Positions 1-10,924 of a stretch of DNA of 64,000 bases are shown here, one piece after another. Origin of the DNA: Candidatus Moraniibacteriota bacterium (GTDB lineage Bacteria > Patescibacteriota > Minisyncoccia > Moranbacterales > UBA2206); the NCBI GenBank assembly GCA_963775955.1, contig CAVZKT010000002.1:292944-356943 (forward strand), read 5' to 3'. A program made the position numbers and the translations under genes. The notes below the pieces were generated by a model. That model worked only from the letters and a program-made list of their open reading frames with translations, was not told the DNA's origin and made no database searches. The stretch's first letter is position 1, and each line of letters begins with the position of its first letter.

Positions 1-27
1 ACGGAGTTTATATATAGTGGATAATTT

Positions 28-120
28 TGTTTGTGAATTCGCCTCGCCTCGATTCGACGAAATATCTTATCGAGTCAAAGCGGGCTGCGGCTAAGTTTAG
101 ATAAAAGATTAAATTTTAAA
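28..120. repeat. dispersed repeat copy A (TTTGTGAATTCGCC...CTGCGGCTAAGTTTAGATAAAAGATTAAATTTTAAA) carrying a 42-nt internal insert
   Basis: Same sequence recurs at 63953-64000 without the insert at 44-85 (tcgcctcgattcgacgaaatatcttatcgagtcaaagcgggc). Confidence 0.7.
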
Positions 121-178
121 TAGCGAATTGGCGCGGGATGCTCATTTTTGTTCCTGCTCGCTTCGCTCGCAGACAAAA

Positions 179-1282
179 ATGGCACATATAGCCAGCATCG
201 AAACAATTCCAATAGTTGTAAATATTTTGAAAATACTTTTTATCGCGCTGATCGCGTTCATGGTGGCGTTTTTGGCGACGCCGCTTCTGACAAACTTTTT
301 ATACAAGAAAAAGCTGGGCATAAAAATAAAAGAAAAATCGGTTGACGGCAAGCCGCTGCAATATGTGAACGTGCTTCATAAAGACAAAAGCGGAACGCCG
401 ACCATGGGCGGGATTCTGGTGTGGGCGACAGTGTTGATCTTGATTTTTGCCTCGCATTATCTTTTTCCGGTTATTGCCAGATGGACGAATACGAATTTTA
501 TCGCCCGGCTGGATTTTTTGAGCCGGGCGCAAACCTGGCTGCCCCTTTTCGCGCTGGTTACGGCTGGGGTTCTCGGGCTATGCGATGACTGGATGAGCGT
601 CCGCCGCGTCGGATCAAACAAGGGAGGCGGAATGCGTTTTGCCAAGCGTTTCGGCTGGCTGATTATTATTGCCGTTTTAGGCGCGTATTGGTTTTATTTC
701 AAGCTGGACTGGCATTCTATCCATGTTCCGGCAGTGGGCGCGTTTGATATCGGCTGGTGGTATATCCCGCTTTTTATTTTTGTTATTCTTTTTACCGCCA
801 TTTCTTCCAATGAAACCGATGGGCTGGACGGGCTTAACGGAGGAATACTTTTGACGGCCTTTGCCTCTTTCGCAATCATCGCGTTTGCGCAGAATAAAAT
901 GGATCTAGCCGCTTTTTGCGCGGCCGTTGCGGGGGCGCTGCTGGCCTTTCTCTGGTTCAATATTTATCCAGCGCGGTTTTTTATGGGAGACACGGGAGCG
1001 ATGTCGCTCGGCACGACCTTGGGCGTAGTGGCCCTGCTCACTAATTCCGTCCTGGTTTTGTTCATTATTGTTTTCATTTATTTTCTGGAATCAGGCAGCG
1101 TGGTTATTCAGCTCGCAAGCAAGAAGTTTTTGCATCGTAAAGTATTTTTAGCCGCGCCACTGCACCACCATTTTGAGGCCAAAGGCTGGCCGGAAACCAA
1201 AGTCACGATGCGCGCCTGGATTTTCACTTTCGTCACCGCCGGCATCGGCCTCATCATCGGGATTTTGGGGATGGGAAAGTAA
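179..1282 (+). CDS. mraY: phospho-N-acetylmuramoyl-pentapeptide transferase
   Basis: ORF 128..1282; polytopic membrane protein with MraY motifs NETDGLDGL, FMGDTGAMSLG, APLHHHFE; ATG at 179 taken as start. Confidence 0.9.
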   Translation: MAHIASIETIPIVVNILKILFIALIAFMVAFLATPLLTNFLYKKKLGIKIKEKSVDGKPLQYVNVLHKDKSGTPTMGGILVWATVLILIFASHYLFPVIARWTNTNFIARLDFLSRAQTWLPLFALVTAGVLGLCDDWMSVRRVGSNKGGGMRFAKRFGWLIIIAVLGAYWFYFKLDWHSIHVPAVGAFDIGWWYIPLFIFVILFTAISSNETDGLDGLNGGILLTAFASFAIIAFAQNKMDLAAFCAAVAGALLAFLWFNIYPARFFMGDTGAMSLGTTLGVVALLTNSVLVLFIIVFIYFLESGSVVIQLASKKFLHRKVFLAAPLHHHFEAKGWPETKVTMRAWIFTFVTAGIGLIIGILGMGK

Positions 1283-1546
1283 AAAGCATAAATAATTATT
1301 CTCCTAATAAAATCATCCTTAAATACTCCAGTTTTTAAGGATGATAATATATTCAAAATTACATAATTATTTACCATTAAACTTGCATCAATGAAAAATT
1401 ATTTTGCGTTTATTTCCGCCGGATTTTTCGGTTTTTGGCGGAGGCGGGCGGAGATGAAGGCGGGGATAAATGCAATCTATAAAAACGACCAAAAAACGCC
1501 TAAAATAACCAACCGCAGGGATAAATAAAATCAGTGTAAGGCAGAC

Positions 1547-1576
1547 TTGACACTAAATGCGTAAAGGGTGTAATCT
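1547..1576 (+). promoter_or_regulatory. sigma70-like promoter candidate
   Basis: TTGACA 1547-1552, 18-nt spacer, TAATCT 1571-1576, upstream of the ATG at 1604. Confidence 0.35.
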
Positions 1577-1603
1577 GTAATTAGCGCTAAAAGTTTAAAG
1601 AAA

Positions 1604-3043
1604 ATGACCGTAAATAAAGAAAAGATAAGGGAATATATAAACGATCAAATTTCCCAAGCGGATTTTCGCGCGAGGGCGTATGTTTTTGACGCGCAAAATA
1701 ATAAGCGTCCCAATAGAAATATTTTCATCAGAATACAGTCGCATCTCGATCAATTTCTCGCCGGAAATAAATCTTATCGCTGGGTTGCGCTTACCGGCTT
1801 GCGCGGAGCGGGCAAAACGACCATTATGTACCAGCTATATCACGCCAAAAAAAATATTGACGGGTATTTTTTAATTCTTTCAGTAGATGAAATAACGCAA
1901 ACCCTGGAAAGCAATATCAATGAGGTAATAAATGTTTTTGAGGAAATTATCGGCCGTCCGATTACAAATTTGGACAAACCCCTGTTTTTATTTTTAGATG
2001 AGGTGCAATATGATGAAAAATGGGGAGTGACTTTAAAAACTGTCTATGATCGGGCAAATAATGCCTTTATATTTTCAACCGGATCAGCGGCCGCGCTTAT
2101 AAACAGCAATTCTGACATTGCTCGTCGCGCCCTGTATGAAAAAATATACCCGCTTTCATTTACTGAATTTATTAAGATTAAGCGGGATAAATATGAAATA
2201 AAGGGATTATCGCAGGAATTAAGAGAAATTATTTTTGGCGGACATGGCGCCGCGGAAGTGTTTAGCGCGCTGAAAAAACAAGAGCAGAAAATAAATGAAT
2301 ATTATCACGGCATCAGCCGCCTGGATTTTGAAAATTATCTTTATTACGGATCACTGCCATTTATGATTGCGTTGGAAAACGAAGCGTTGGTGTATGATCA
2401 AATAAGTAAATCGCTTGAGCGGGTAATCAACAAGGATATCCCTCAGATGCGCGGGCTTTCTTCTGAAATTATCAATAGAATTCCGGCAATTTTATATTCA
2501 GTGGCGGATATGGATGCCTTGAATTTTACAACTTTAGCGGAAAAATTTGGCATTTCCCGCCCAAAGATATCTGAAATTTTTTCGGTGCTTGAGCAAACTG
2601 AAATTTTGCACCGCATATATCCGCACGGATCTCATTTTAAACAGGTGACGCAAAAGCCGTCAAAATATCTTTTTTCTTCGCCGGCATTTCGCGCGATGTA
2701 TTATAAAACCATCGGTAATATTATTACGGATCAAAACGCGCGAGGAAAGCTACTGGAAGATTTGGCTGGAATGTATCTCTATCGTTTATGCGATAAAAAA
2801 CCAACATTTTCCTTGACTTATGACAGTGCGAAAGGAGGAGCCGATTTTATAGTGAGCGCGGGGGAAAATAAAATAGTGGTTGAAATCGGTGTGAATAAAA
2901 AAGAATATAAGCAAGTGATGCAAACGGCGGAAAAAGTAAAAGCGGTTTACAGTATTATTATTTCAGAAGGCGCTAATGTTTTAGAGTATAATCCGGAGGC
3001 TAACGCGCTAAAAATACCGCTAAAATATTTTCTTTTGATGTAA
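1604..3043 (+). CDS. AAA+ ATPase (COG1373/DUF4143-like ATP-binding protein)
   Basis: Walker A GLRGAGKTT, Walker B LFLDEVQ; 479 aa. Confidence 0.7.
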   Translation: MTVNKEKIREYINDQISQADFRARAYVFDAQNNKRPNRNIFIRIQSHLDQFLAGNKSYRWVALTGLRGAGKTTIMYQLYHAKKNIDGYFLILSVDEITQTLESNINEVINVFEEIIGRPITNLDKPLFLFLDEVQYDEKWGVTLKTVYDRANNAFIFSTGSAAALINSNSDIARRALYEKIYPLSFTEFIKIKRDKYEIKGLSQELREIIFGGHGAAEVFSALKKQEQKINEYYHGISRLDFENYLYYGSLPFMIALENEALVYDQISKSLERVINKDIPQMRGLSSEIINRIPAILYSVADMDALNFTTLAEKFGISRPKISEIFSVLEQTEILHRIYPHGSHFKQVTQKPSKYLFSSPAFRAMYYKTIGNIITDQNARGKLLEDLAGMYLYRLCDKKPTFSLTYDSAKGGADFIVSAGENKIVVEIGVNKKEYKQVMQTAEKVKAVYSIIISEGANVLEYNPEANALKIPLKYFLLM

Positions 3044-3045
3044 TT

Positions 3046-4158
3046 ATGAAAATTTATAATTTTATGAATCTAAAAAAGATCCAGGACGCGGATGTGGAAA
3101 ATAAAAAAGTTTTGTTGAGGATTGATTTTAATGTGGCATTGAAAAATCAAAACGCCAAGGAGAAATACAAAATATTTTCCAGCAAAGAAACGATAGATTA
3201 TATTTTATCCCAAAAGGGGGCGAAACTGGCCTTGGTGGGGCATCTCGGACGGCCGACAGCGCTCAAAAATTGCCTGATTTCCGGAGAAACATTGTCTCAT
3301 CGCGCGGCGGAGCAAATTGACCCGCAGTTTTCCTTAAAACAATTGGCCGACGATGTCGAGCGCATTTTGGAAATTAAAGTTAAATTTGTGCCGGATTGCG
3401 TCGGTGAAAAAGTGAAAGAATCCATTGAAAATCAAAAACCGGGCGAAGTCTTGCTCTTGGAGAATGTTCGCTTTTATTGCAACGATGAAAAAAATGATCC
3501 AGAATTTTCCGAAAGGCTGGCGGAAAATTTTGATATTTTTATCAACGACGCTTTTAGCGTCTGCCATAGGAATCAGGCATCAGTGACCGGACTGGCGAAA
3601 AATTTACCAAGCTACGCCGGTTTTTGGCTGCAAAAAGAAATTGAAAATCTGGACAAGGTGAAAAATAATCCGGAACATCCGGCGGTGGCGATCATCGGCG
3701 GAGCCAAAATTGAAACCAAGCTTCCTTTGATAAAAAAACTTGAGGACGAATACGACCATATTTTAGTGGGCGGCAAAATTGCCAATGAAGCGCTGGATCA
3801 GGGATTGAAATTTAGCGAAAAAGTGCTTTTCCCCGTTGACTTTTTAGGCGACCGGCTGGACATCGGACCAGAGACAATAGAAAAGTTTAAAAACATCATA
3901 TCCAGCGCCAAAACTATCGTGTGGAACGGCCCGATGGGAAAATTTGAGGAAAAGCCGTATGACATGGGAACAAATAAAATTCTTGAAGCCGTCGTGAGGA
4001 GTGGAGCTTTCATTTTAATGGGAGGCGGAGAATCAGTGGAAATCTTGGAAGGACAAAAGGCGATGGATAAAATTTCCTTCGTTTCCACCGGCGGCGGCGC
4101 CATGCTGGAATATTTAAGCGGCAACATCCTGCCGGGCATAGAAGCTCTAAAAACATGA
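3046..4158 (+). CDS. pgk: phosphoglycerate kinase
   Basis: LLRIDFNV, GHLGRP, LLENVRF, NDAFSVCHR, GGAKIETKL, WNGPMGKFE, STGGGAMLEYL. Confidence 0.95.
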   Translation: MKIYNFMNLKKIQDADVENKKVLLRIDFNVALKNQNAKEKYKIFSSKETIDYILSQKGAKLALVGHLGRPTALKNCLISGETLSHRAAEQIDPQFSLKQLADDVERILEIKVKFVPDCVGEKVKESIENQKPGEVLLLENVRFYCNDEKNDPEFSERLAENFDIFINDAFSVCHRNQASVTGLAKNLPSYAGFWLQKEIENLDKVKNNPEHPAVAIIGGAKIETKLPLIKKLEDEYDHILVGGKIANEALDQGLKFSEKVLFPVDFLGDRLDIGPETIEKFKNIISSAKTIVWNGPMGKFEEKPYDMGTNKILEAVVRSGAFILMGGGESVEILEGQKAMDKISFVSTGGGAMLEYLSGNILPGIEALKT

Positions 4159-4245
4159 TATTCTTTAGAATAATAGTGAAAATGGGGACAAAAACCTCAT
4201 TTTTTGTTTTGTCTTTATGTGATATAATATAATCATAAAGCATGA

Positions 4246-5536
<1,291 letters not shown>

Positions 5537-5547
<11 letters not shown>

Positions 5548-7092
5548 AATTCCTACAATTTTAGTTATTCTGGATGGTTACGGCATTGCCCCGCCGGGAA
5601 AAGGCAACGCTGTCACTCTGGCCAAAACACCGGTTCTGGATCGGCTGTTTAAAATTTATCCTTCCACGACTTTATGCGCGACCGGAACTTGCGTAGGGCT
5701 TCCTGACCGCAAGATGAGCGGATCGGAAGCCGGGCATATGAATATCGGCGCCGGCAGGATTGTTCCTCAGGACTCAAAATACATATCAGACAGCATTAAA
5801 GATGGAAGTTTTTTTATGAATCCGGCGCTGGTGGGCGCGGTTGAACATGCTAAAACTTTTAATAGCGATTTTCACGTAATGGGGCTAATGGGTAATATGG
5901 ATAGTCCGCATAGCAATCCGGAGCATTTTCGCGCTATTCTGAAACTAGCCAAAAGCAATAACGTCAAAGAGGTTTACTGCCATTTGTTTACCGATGGCAG
6001 GGATTCGTATCCCAAAAGCGCTCTGGAGCACTTAAAATATTTCCGGCAAATTATGTCCGAAGAAGGAATTGGAAAAATCGCGACGCTTTCCGGCACGATT
6101 TTACGCCATGGATCGCGCCAAAAATTGGAAAAGGCTGACGCAGGCTTATGATGCAATGGTATTCGCCCGCGGCGAAAAAGCAGGTTCTGCCGAGGAGGCG
6201 ATTGAAAAAGCTTACAAAGACGATTTGACGGATGAGTATCTTCCGCCGACATTTATTGAGCAAGACGGAAAGCCTGTGGTGCAGATAAAAAAAGACGATG
6301 CAGTCATATTTTTTAATTGCCGATCCGACCGGGCGCGCCAATTCAGCAAACTCTTTATTGCAATCGATGAAAAAAGCATTTTGAGCGATGATATGCCAGT
6401 AATCGATAAAATAAAAAATTTATATTTCGTAACACTGACCGAATTCGGGCCGGGCCTCGATGAACACACGGCTTTTCCCGGGACATACTATTTCCGCGAC
6501 ATTGCCGATGGCAGCCGGAAAGTTGAAACAGCTTTATATCGCCGAATCGGAAAAATTCGCGCATGTCACCTACTTTTTAAACGGCGGTTATGCCGATCCG
6601 GTTGATGGCGAAGAAAGAATGATGATCAAATCTCCGGTCGTTGATTCTTACGCTAAAGCCCCGGAAATGTCGGCGCAAGAAATAACGGATGTGGTTGTGC
6701 GGAATATCCAAAATGATGTCTATGATTTTATAACCATCAATTATGCCAACGCGGATATGGTAGGGCACACCGGCGATTTGCCGGCCACAATCAAAGCCGT
6801 GGAAACATTGGACAGGCAAATAGAAATTTTAGAAAAAATTATTTCAGAAAAGGGCGGAAATCTGATTATAACGGCCGATCATGGCAACGCGGACGATATG
6901 GTGGATTTTGAATCCGATCAGCCAAACACATTCCATACCAAAAACCCAGTGCCGTTTCTGCTGGTGGGCGAGAAATTCAAGGATAAAAAATTACGCGACA
7001 AGGGGGTTCTGGGCAACATCGCGCCGACGATACTTGATATAATGGGAATAGAAAAGCCAAAGGCGATGAAGGGAAAATCATTATTGAGCTAA
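5537..7092 (+). pseudogene. gpmI: 2,3-bisphosphoglycerate-independent phosphoglycerate mutase with two +1 frameshifts
   Basis: ORFs 5537..6151, 6069..6605 and 6460..7092 (frames 2,3,1) together give a full iPGM (ILDGYGIAP, RFYAMDRAKNW, AESEKFAHVTYFLNGG, ITADHGNAD); shifts near 6093 (ggc-a-cga) and 6478 (cccggga). Confidence 0.85.
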
Positions 7093-7103
7093 TAAATATA
7101 ATA

Positions 7104-7162
7104 AACTCGGGAAGCTTCCTAGAACTCGGTTCTAGGAAATTCCTAGAGCCGAGTTCTAGGAG
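7104..7162 (+). promoter_or_regulatory. nested perfect palindromes overlapping the SD of the downstream kinase gene
   Basis: TCCTAGAACTCGG (7117-7129) pairs with CCGAGTTCTAGGA (7149-7161); inner palindrome CTAGGAAATTCCTAG (7132-7146); AGGAG at 7158-7162 lies inside the 3' arm, ATG at 7166. Confidence 0.5.
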
Positions 7163-7165
7163 CAT

Positions 7166-8149
7166 ATGAATAAAATAATTTGCATTGGAAGCGGGGCGAA
7201 GGACGTTTTTTTCCCTTTGTCTGAAGCGGAAATAAAAATAATTGATAATCCTTCCGATATTACGGCGCAAAAGCTCATGGCCTTTGAATACGGGGCTAAG
7301 TATCATATAAAGGATCGTTACGAAGCTCCCGGGGGTTGCGCGGCCAATGCCTCGCAAGGGCTGTCGCGGTTGGGTCTGGATGCCTTTTGTTATTGCCGGG
7401 TTGGAGAAGACGCGGATGGCAAATGGGTGGTGGAAGCGCTGAAAAAAGAAAACGTTAATACGGATTTAATTCAACATGACTGCGATTTTCGCACGGATTT
7501 GTCCTGTATTCTCGTAAATGAAAAAGAAGGGGACAGAACAATTTTTTATAATCGCGATGCGAATGAAAAATTAATAGTCAACGCTGAAGATCTCAACGCC
7601 GATTGGATATTTGTCAGCGCGCTAAACGGCAATTGGGAAAAAAACCTGGATACGATTTTGCGGGCAGCAAAAGAAAAGGGAATAAAAGTAGCCTTCAATC
7701 CAGGACAGGAAAATATTAAAGACAATCCGGGAAAAATTAAAGAGGCCATCGCGCAAACGGAAGTTCTGTTCGTGAATCGCGACGAAGCAACAGAGATTGT
7801 GAATAAAAATGACAATGAGATAAATATGTTATTTCACGATCTGTTTGGGCTGGGGGCAAAAGTGGTGGCGATTACAGATGGAAAAGACGGGGCTTATGTT
7901 TTGGATGGTGAAAAAATATTGTTTACCGACGCACTGGTCAAAAAAGCGGTGGACATGACCGGCGCCGGGGATGCTTTTTCCAGCGGATTTCTGGCGGCGC
8001 ATATTAAAGGTAAAAGTTTAGAAGAATGTTTGAAATGGGGAACGGCCAATGGCGGAAATGTGGTGAATTTTTACGGAGGCGTGGAGGGATTGCTTCGCGA
8101 AAGCGAGATTGAGGACAAAATTAAGGATATTGAGGTCAAAATCGTTTAA
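7166..8149 (+). CDS. PfkB-family carbohydrate kinase
   Basis: Ribokinase-like fold; C-terminal DMTGAGDAFSSGFLAA motif; 327 aa. Confidence 0.8.
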   Translation: MNKIICIGSGAKDVFFPLSEAEIKIIDNPSDITAQKLMAFEYGAKYHIKDRYEAPGGCAANASQGLSRLGLDAFCYCRVGEDADGKWVVEALKKENVNTDLIQHDCDFRTDLSCILVNEKEGDRTIFYNRDANEKLIVNAEDLNADWIFVSALNGNWEKNLDTILRAAKEKGIKVAFNPGQENIKDNPGKIKEAIAQTEVLFVNRDEATEIVNKNDNEINMLFHDLFGLGAKVVAITDGKDGAYVLDGEKILFTDALVKKAVDMTGAGDAFSSGFLAAHIKGKSLEECLKWGTANGGNVVNFYGGVEGLLRESEIEDKIKDIEVKIV

Positions 8150-8205
8150 TATGGCTTATATAAGCCTCTCAAAAAGCGGGAGAAATGTAAATAAAAACAA
8201 AAAAA

Positions 8206-10263
8206 ATGAAATTAGACAATTTTTTTAATCCACCATCTATTGCTATTGTTGGAGCCTCCGAGGAGGAAGGCAAAGTCGGCAATGTGGTAGCCAAAAATAT
8301 CTTGCAGCTTGGCTATGCGGGTAAAGTATTTTTGGTAAATCCAAAACACGAAACGCTTTTTGGCCGGAAATGCTATAAAAGTCTAAATGAAATTGAAAGC
8401 CAGGTTGATCTGGCGATCGTTGTCATTCCCGCCAAGTTTGTGAACGATATGATTAAAGAATCGGCTGGTAGGATTAAAAATTACATTGTGATATCCGCTG
8501 GCTTCGGAGAAATAAATATTGAAGGCAAAAAAAGGGAAAAGGAACTCTTAAAAATTGCTGAAAAATACAAACTGAATATTTTAGGGCCGAATTGTCTCGG
8601 CTTCATTATCCCGTCTTTAAAACTCAACGCGTCATTTGCCGGCGGGATGCCGGAAAATGGAAACATCGCGTTTGTGACGCAATCGGGAGCGCTGGCGGTG
8701 GCCATAATGGATGCGGCGAAAAATTATGATTTTAAATTTTCGCAGATCATTTCCATCGGCAATAAAATGCAGATTGACGAGGCGGAGCTTTTAGAATATC
8801 TGGAAAAAGACGAAAAAACAAAAGTAATCGGATTGTATCTGGAAGGCATAAAAAACGGGGAAAAATTTATCACAGCGATGCAGAATTTATCCAAGCCCGT
8901 GGTTGTTCTCAAAGCCGGAAAAACCGAGCGCGCGCAAAAAGCGATTGCGTCGCACACCGGGGCGCTGGCCGGAAGCTCTGAAATAATAAACGCTGTTTTT
9001 AAAAATGCGGGAATAATCCAGGCGGAAACCCTGGAAGAATTTTTTAATTTGTTGCATTTGATTTCTTTTTGCGACGCGCCGTTTTCGCGGGAAGTCGCGG
9101 TGGTTACCAATGCCGGCGGAGCCGGAGTGCTCACAACGGACGCTTTTTTGGGAAAATCTCTGAAATTGGGTGAATTAGACGAAGAGGCTAAAAAATATTT
9201 GCGCAAATTTCTGCCGGAAGAATCTTCGGTGGAAAATCCAATTGACCTTTTGGGCGATGCCAGAGAAGACCGGTATGAAAAAACACTGGATATAGTTAAC
9301 TGGCAAAAAGATATCGGGTCGGTAATTTGCGTTCTCACGCCGCAGGACCAGACGCCAACGGGAAGAATTGCCGGAAAAATTATTGATTTCAAAAAAAAGA
9401 CAAAGAAAGTTATCGCGGCCTCGTTTATCGGCGGGGAGCGGGTGGAAATTCCGGTCACCAAGCTCAGATATCACAACGTGCCCTGCTTTTCTTTTCCGGA
9501 GCAGGCGGTCAGCGCTTTAGATAAATATTATCAGTGGAATAATTCTCAAGTCGAGGCTTCGCCTCGGTTCAGTCGAGGCGAAGCCTCAATTGAAATAAAT
9601 ATTGAACGGAAAAACAAGGTTTTGGAAATTATTCAGAAGGCCAAAGCGGAAAAGCGCGGCGCTTTATTGTTCAGCGAAGCCAAAGAAGTGATGGAAATGT
9701 ATGGCGTAAAAACAGCGGATTTCTGGACGGAAATTTCGGAAGATATTATATACCCTGCGGTTGTTAAAGTTGACAGCGATAAAGTTTTGCACAAAACCGA
9801 TAAGCAGGGATTAATACTTAATATAAAAAATCGAGACGAACTTCGTGAAGCGATTAAAGAAATAGAAAATAATTTTCCAGGCGAGAAATTCATCATCCAG
9901 CCGATGCAAAAAATACAAACGGAATTGATAATCGGCGCGAAAAAGGACGCTGCCTTCGGGCCGGTGGTTATTTACGGCTTGGGAGGGATTTATACCGAAA
10001 TTTTCAAAATGGTGGATTTTTTAATCTTTCCGCGCGACCGGGCGGAAATAGAAAAATCTGTGCGCGAGAGCAAGATAAAATTTCTTTTTGAGCCGACGCG
10101 CGGCCAAAAGCCATATAATCTCGAAGAAACGGCCGGAATTTTGTGGGGGATAAGCGCACTTTTGCGGGAAATAAGCGAAATTAGCGAACTTGATATTAAT
10201 CCACTTTTTGTTTATAATGATGGCAAGGAGGCAGTGGCGGTGGATGTTAAAATAATCATATAA
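8206..10263 (+). CDS. ADP-forming acetyl-CoA synthetase (fused alpha/beta, CoA-binding + ATP-grasp)
   Basis: N-terminal CoA-binding IAIVGAS...VNPK, succinyl-CoA-ligase-like middle region, C-terminal ATP-grasp; 685 aa. Confidence 0.85.
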   Translation: MKLDNFFNPPSIAIVGASEEEGKVGNVVAKNILQLGYAGKVFLVNPKHETLFGRKCYKSLNEIESQVDLAIVVIPAKFVNDMIKESAGRIKNYIVISAGFGEINIEGKKREKELLKIAEKYKLNILGPNCLGFIIPSLKLNASFAGGMPENGNIAFVTQSGALAVAIMDAAKNYDFKFSQIISIGNKMQIDEAELLEYLEKDEKTKVIGLYLEGIKNGEKFITAMQNLSKPVVVLKAGKTERAQKAIASHTGALAGSSEIINAVFKNAGIIQAETLEEFFNLLHLISFCDAPFSREVAVVTNAGGAGVLTTDAFLGKSLKLGELDEEAKKYLRKFLPEESSVENPIDLLGDAREDRYEKTLDIVNWQKDIGSVICVLTPQDQTPTGRIAGKIIDFKKKTKKVIAASFIGGERVEIPVTKLRYHNVPCFSFPEQAVSALDKYYQWNNSQVEASPRFSRGEASIEINIERKNKVLEIIQKAKAEKRGALLFSEAKEVMEMYGVKTADFWTEISEDIIYPAVVKVDSDKVLHKTDKQGLILNIKNRDELREAIKEIENNFPGEKFIIQPMQKIQTELIIGAKKDAAFGPVVIYGLGGIYTEIFKMVDFLIFPRDRAEIEKSVRESKIKFLFEPTRGQKPYNLEETAGILWGISALLREISEISELDINPLFVYNDGKEAVAVDVKIII
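9551..9587 (+). repeat. GC-rich twin-hairpin insert inside the acd coding sequence
   Basis: CGAGGC-TTC-GCCTCG gttcagt CGAGGC-GAA-GCCTC; the two halves are also mutual inverted repeats (GAGGCTTCGCCTCG / CGAGGCGAAGCCTC); encodes VEASPRFSRGEAS in the inter-domain linker. Confidence 0.7.
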
Positions 10264-10287
10264 CATATAATATTTAACATAAAATAT

Positions 10288-10860
10288 ATGAATAAAGAGA
10301 GAATTAAAATCTTAATCGTGGACGATGATGAGGCGACGCGGACAATGTATGCCGAAGTTTTTAGGAAGCACGATTTTGAAGTAGAGGAGGCCGTGGACGG
10401 AGTAGACGGGCTGGACAAAGTCACAAAAGGCGTTCCGGATGTAATTTTTACCGGAATTATTATGCCGCGTATGGATGGCTTTGCGCTTATTGAGGCGCTC
10501 AAAAAAAATGTGGCCACGAGCCATGTGCCAGTAGTGATTTCCTCCCATATGGGGCGGGAAGAAGATAAAAACAGGGCAAAGGAAATGGGCGCCAAGGATT
10601 TCATAACCCGCGATTTTGTTACGCCTAATCAGGCAGTTGAGAGAATAATGGCGATTTTTAAAGCTGAAGAATATAGGCTGAAATTTTCTCCCGGCGAACT
10701 GGATGCTGCAAAACTGGCCAAAGACATGAACTTCAGGGAAAATTTCCAATGCGCCAATTGCGGCGGCCAGCTGGTTTTGGTGGTCAAGTTAAAAGATATT
10801 AAAACAAAGGAATACTCCGCCAAGTTTATCTGTCCGCAGTGCAATCAGGCGCAAAACTAA
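10288..10860 (+). CDS. response regulator receiver protein with C-terminal Cys4 zinc-ribbon
   Basis: REC domain (ILIVDDD...MPRMDG...) plus CANCGG...CPQCNQ. Confidence 0.8.
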   Translation: MNKERIKILIVDDDEATRTMYAEVFRKHDFEVEEAVDGVDGLDKVTKGVPDVIFTGIIMPRMDGFALIEALKKNVATSHVPVVISSHMGREEDKNRAKEMGAKDFITRDFVTPNQAVERIMAIFKAEEYRLKFSPGELDAAKLAKDMNFRENFQCANCGGQLVLVVKLKDIKTKEYSAKFICPQCNQAQN

Positions 10861-10924
10861 AAATCAAAAACTTAAAAATATTTAAGCGGGGTTGCAAAGC
10901 CTCGCTTTGATTTAAGGAATAAAG

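Noticed and set aside
1391-1528. 45-aa ORF MKNYFAFISAGFFGFWRRRAEMKAGINAIYKNDQKTPKITNRRDK in the mraY-AAA ATPase spacer
   Set aside because: It has no RBS and no recognisable family. It lies between a hairpin and the downstream promoter candidate, so the evidence is too weak to call a gene.
8724-9461. Long antisense ORFs (for example 8724..9461-, 11735..12343-, 17261..17806-, 46331..46948+, 53943..54569+, 47894..48331+)
   Set aside because: Each lies entirely opposite a gene with strong family motifs and has a low-complexity, Arg/Phe/Ser-rich composition typical of shadow frames. None has an RBS or independent support.
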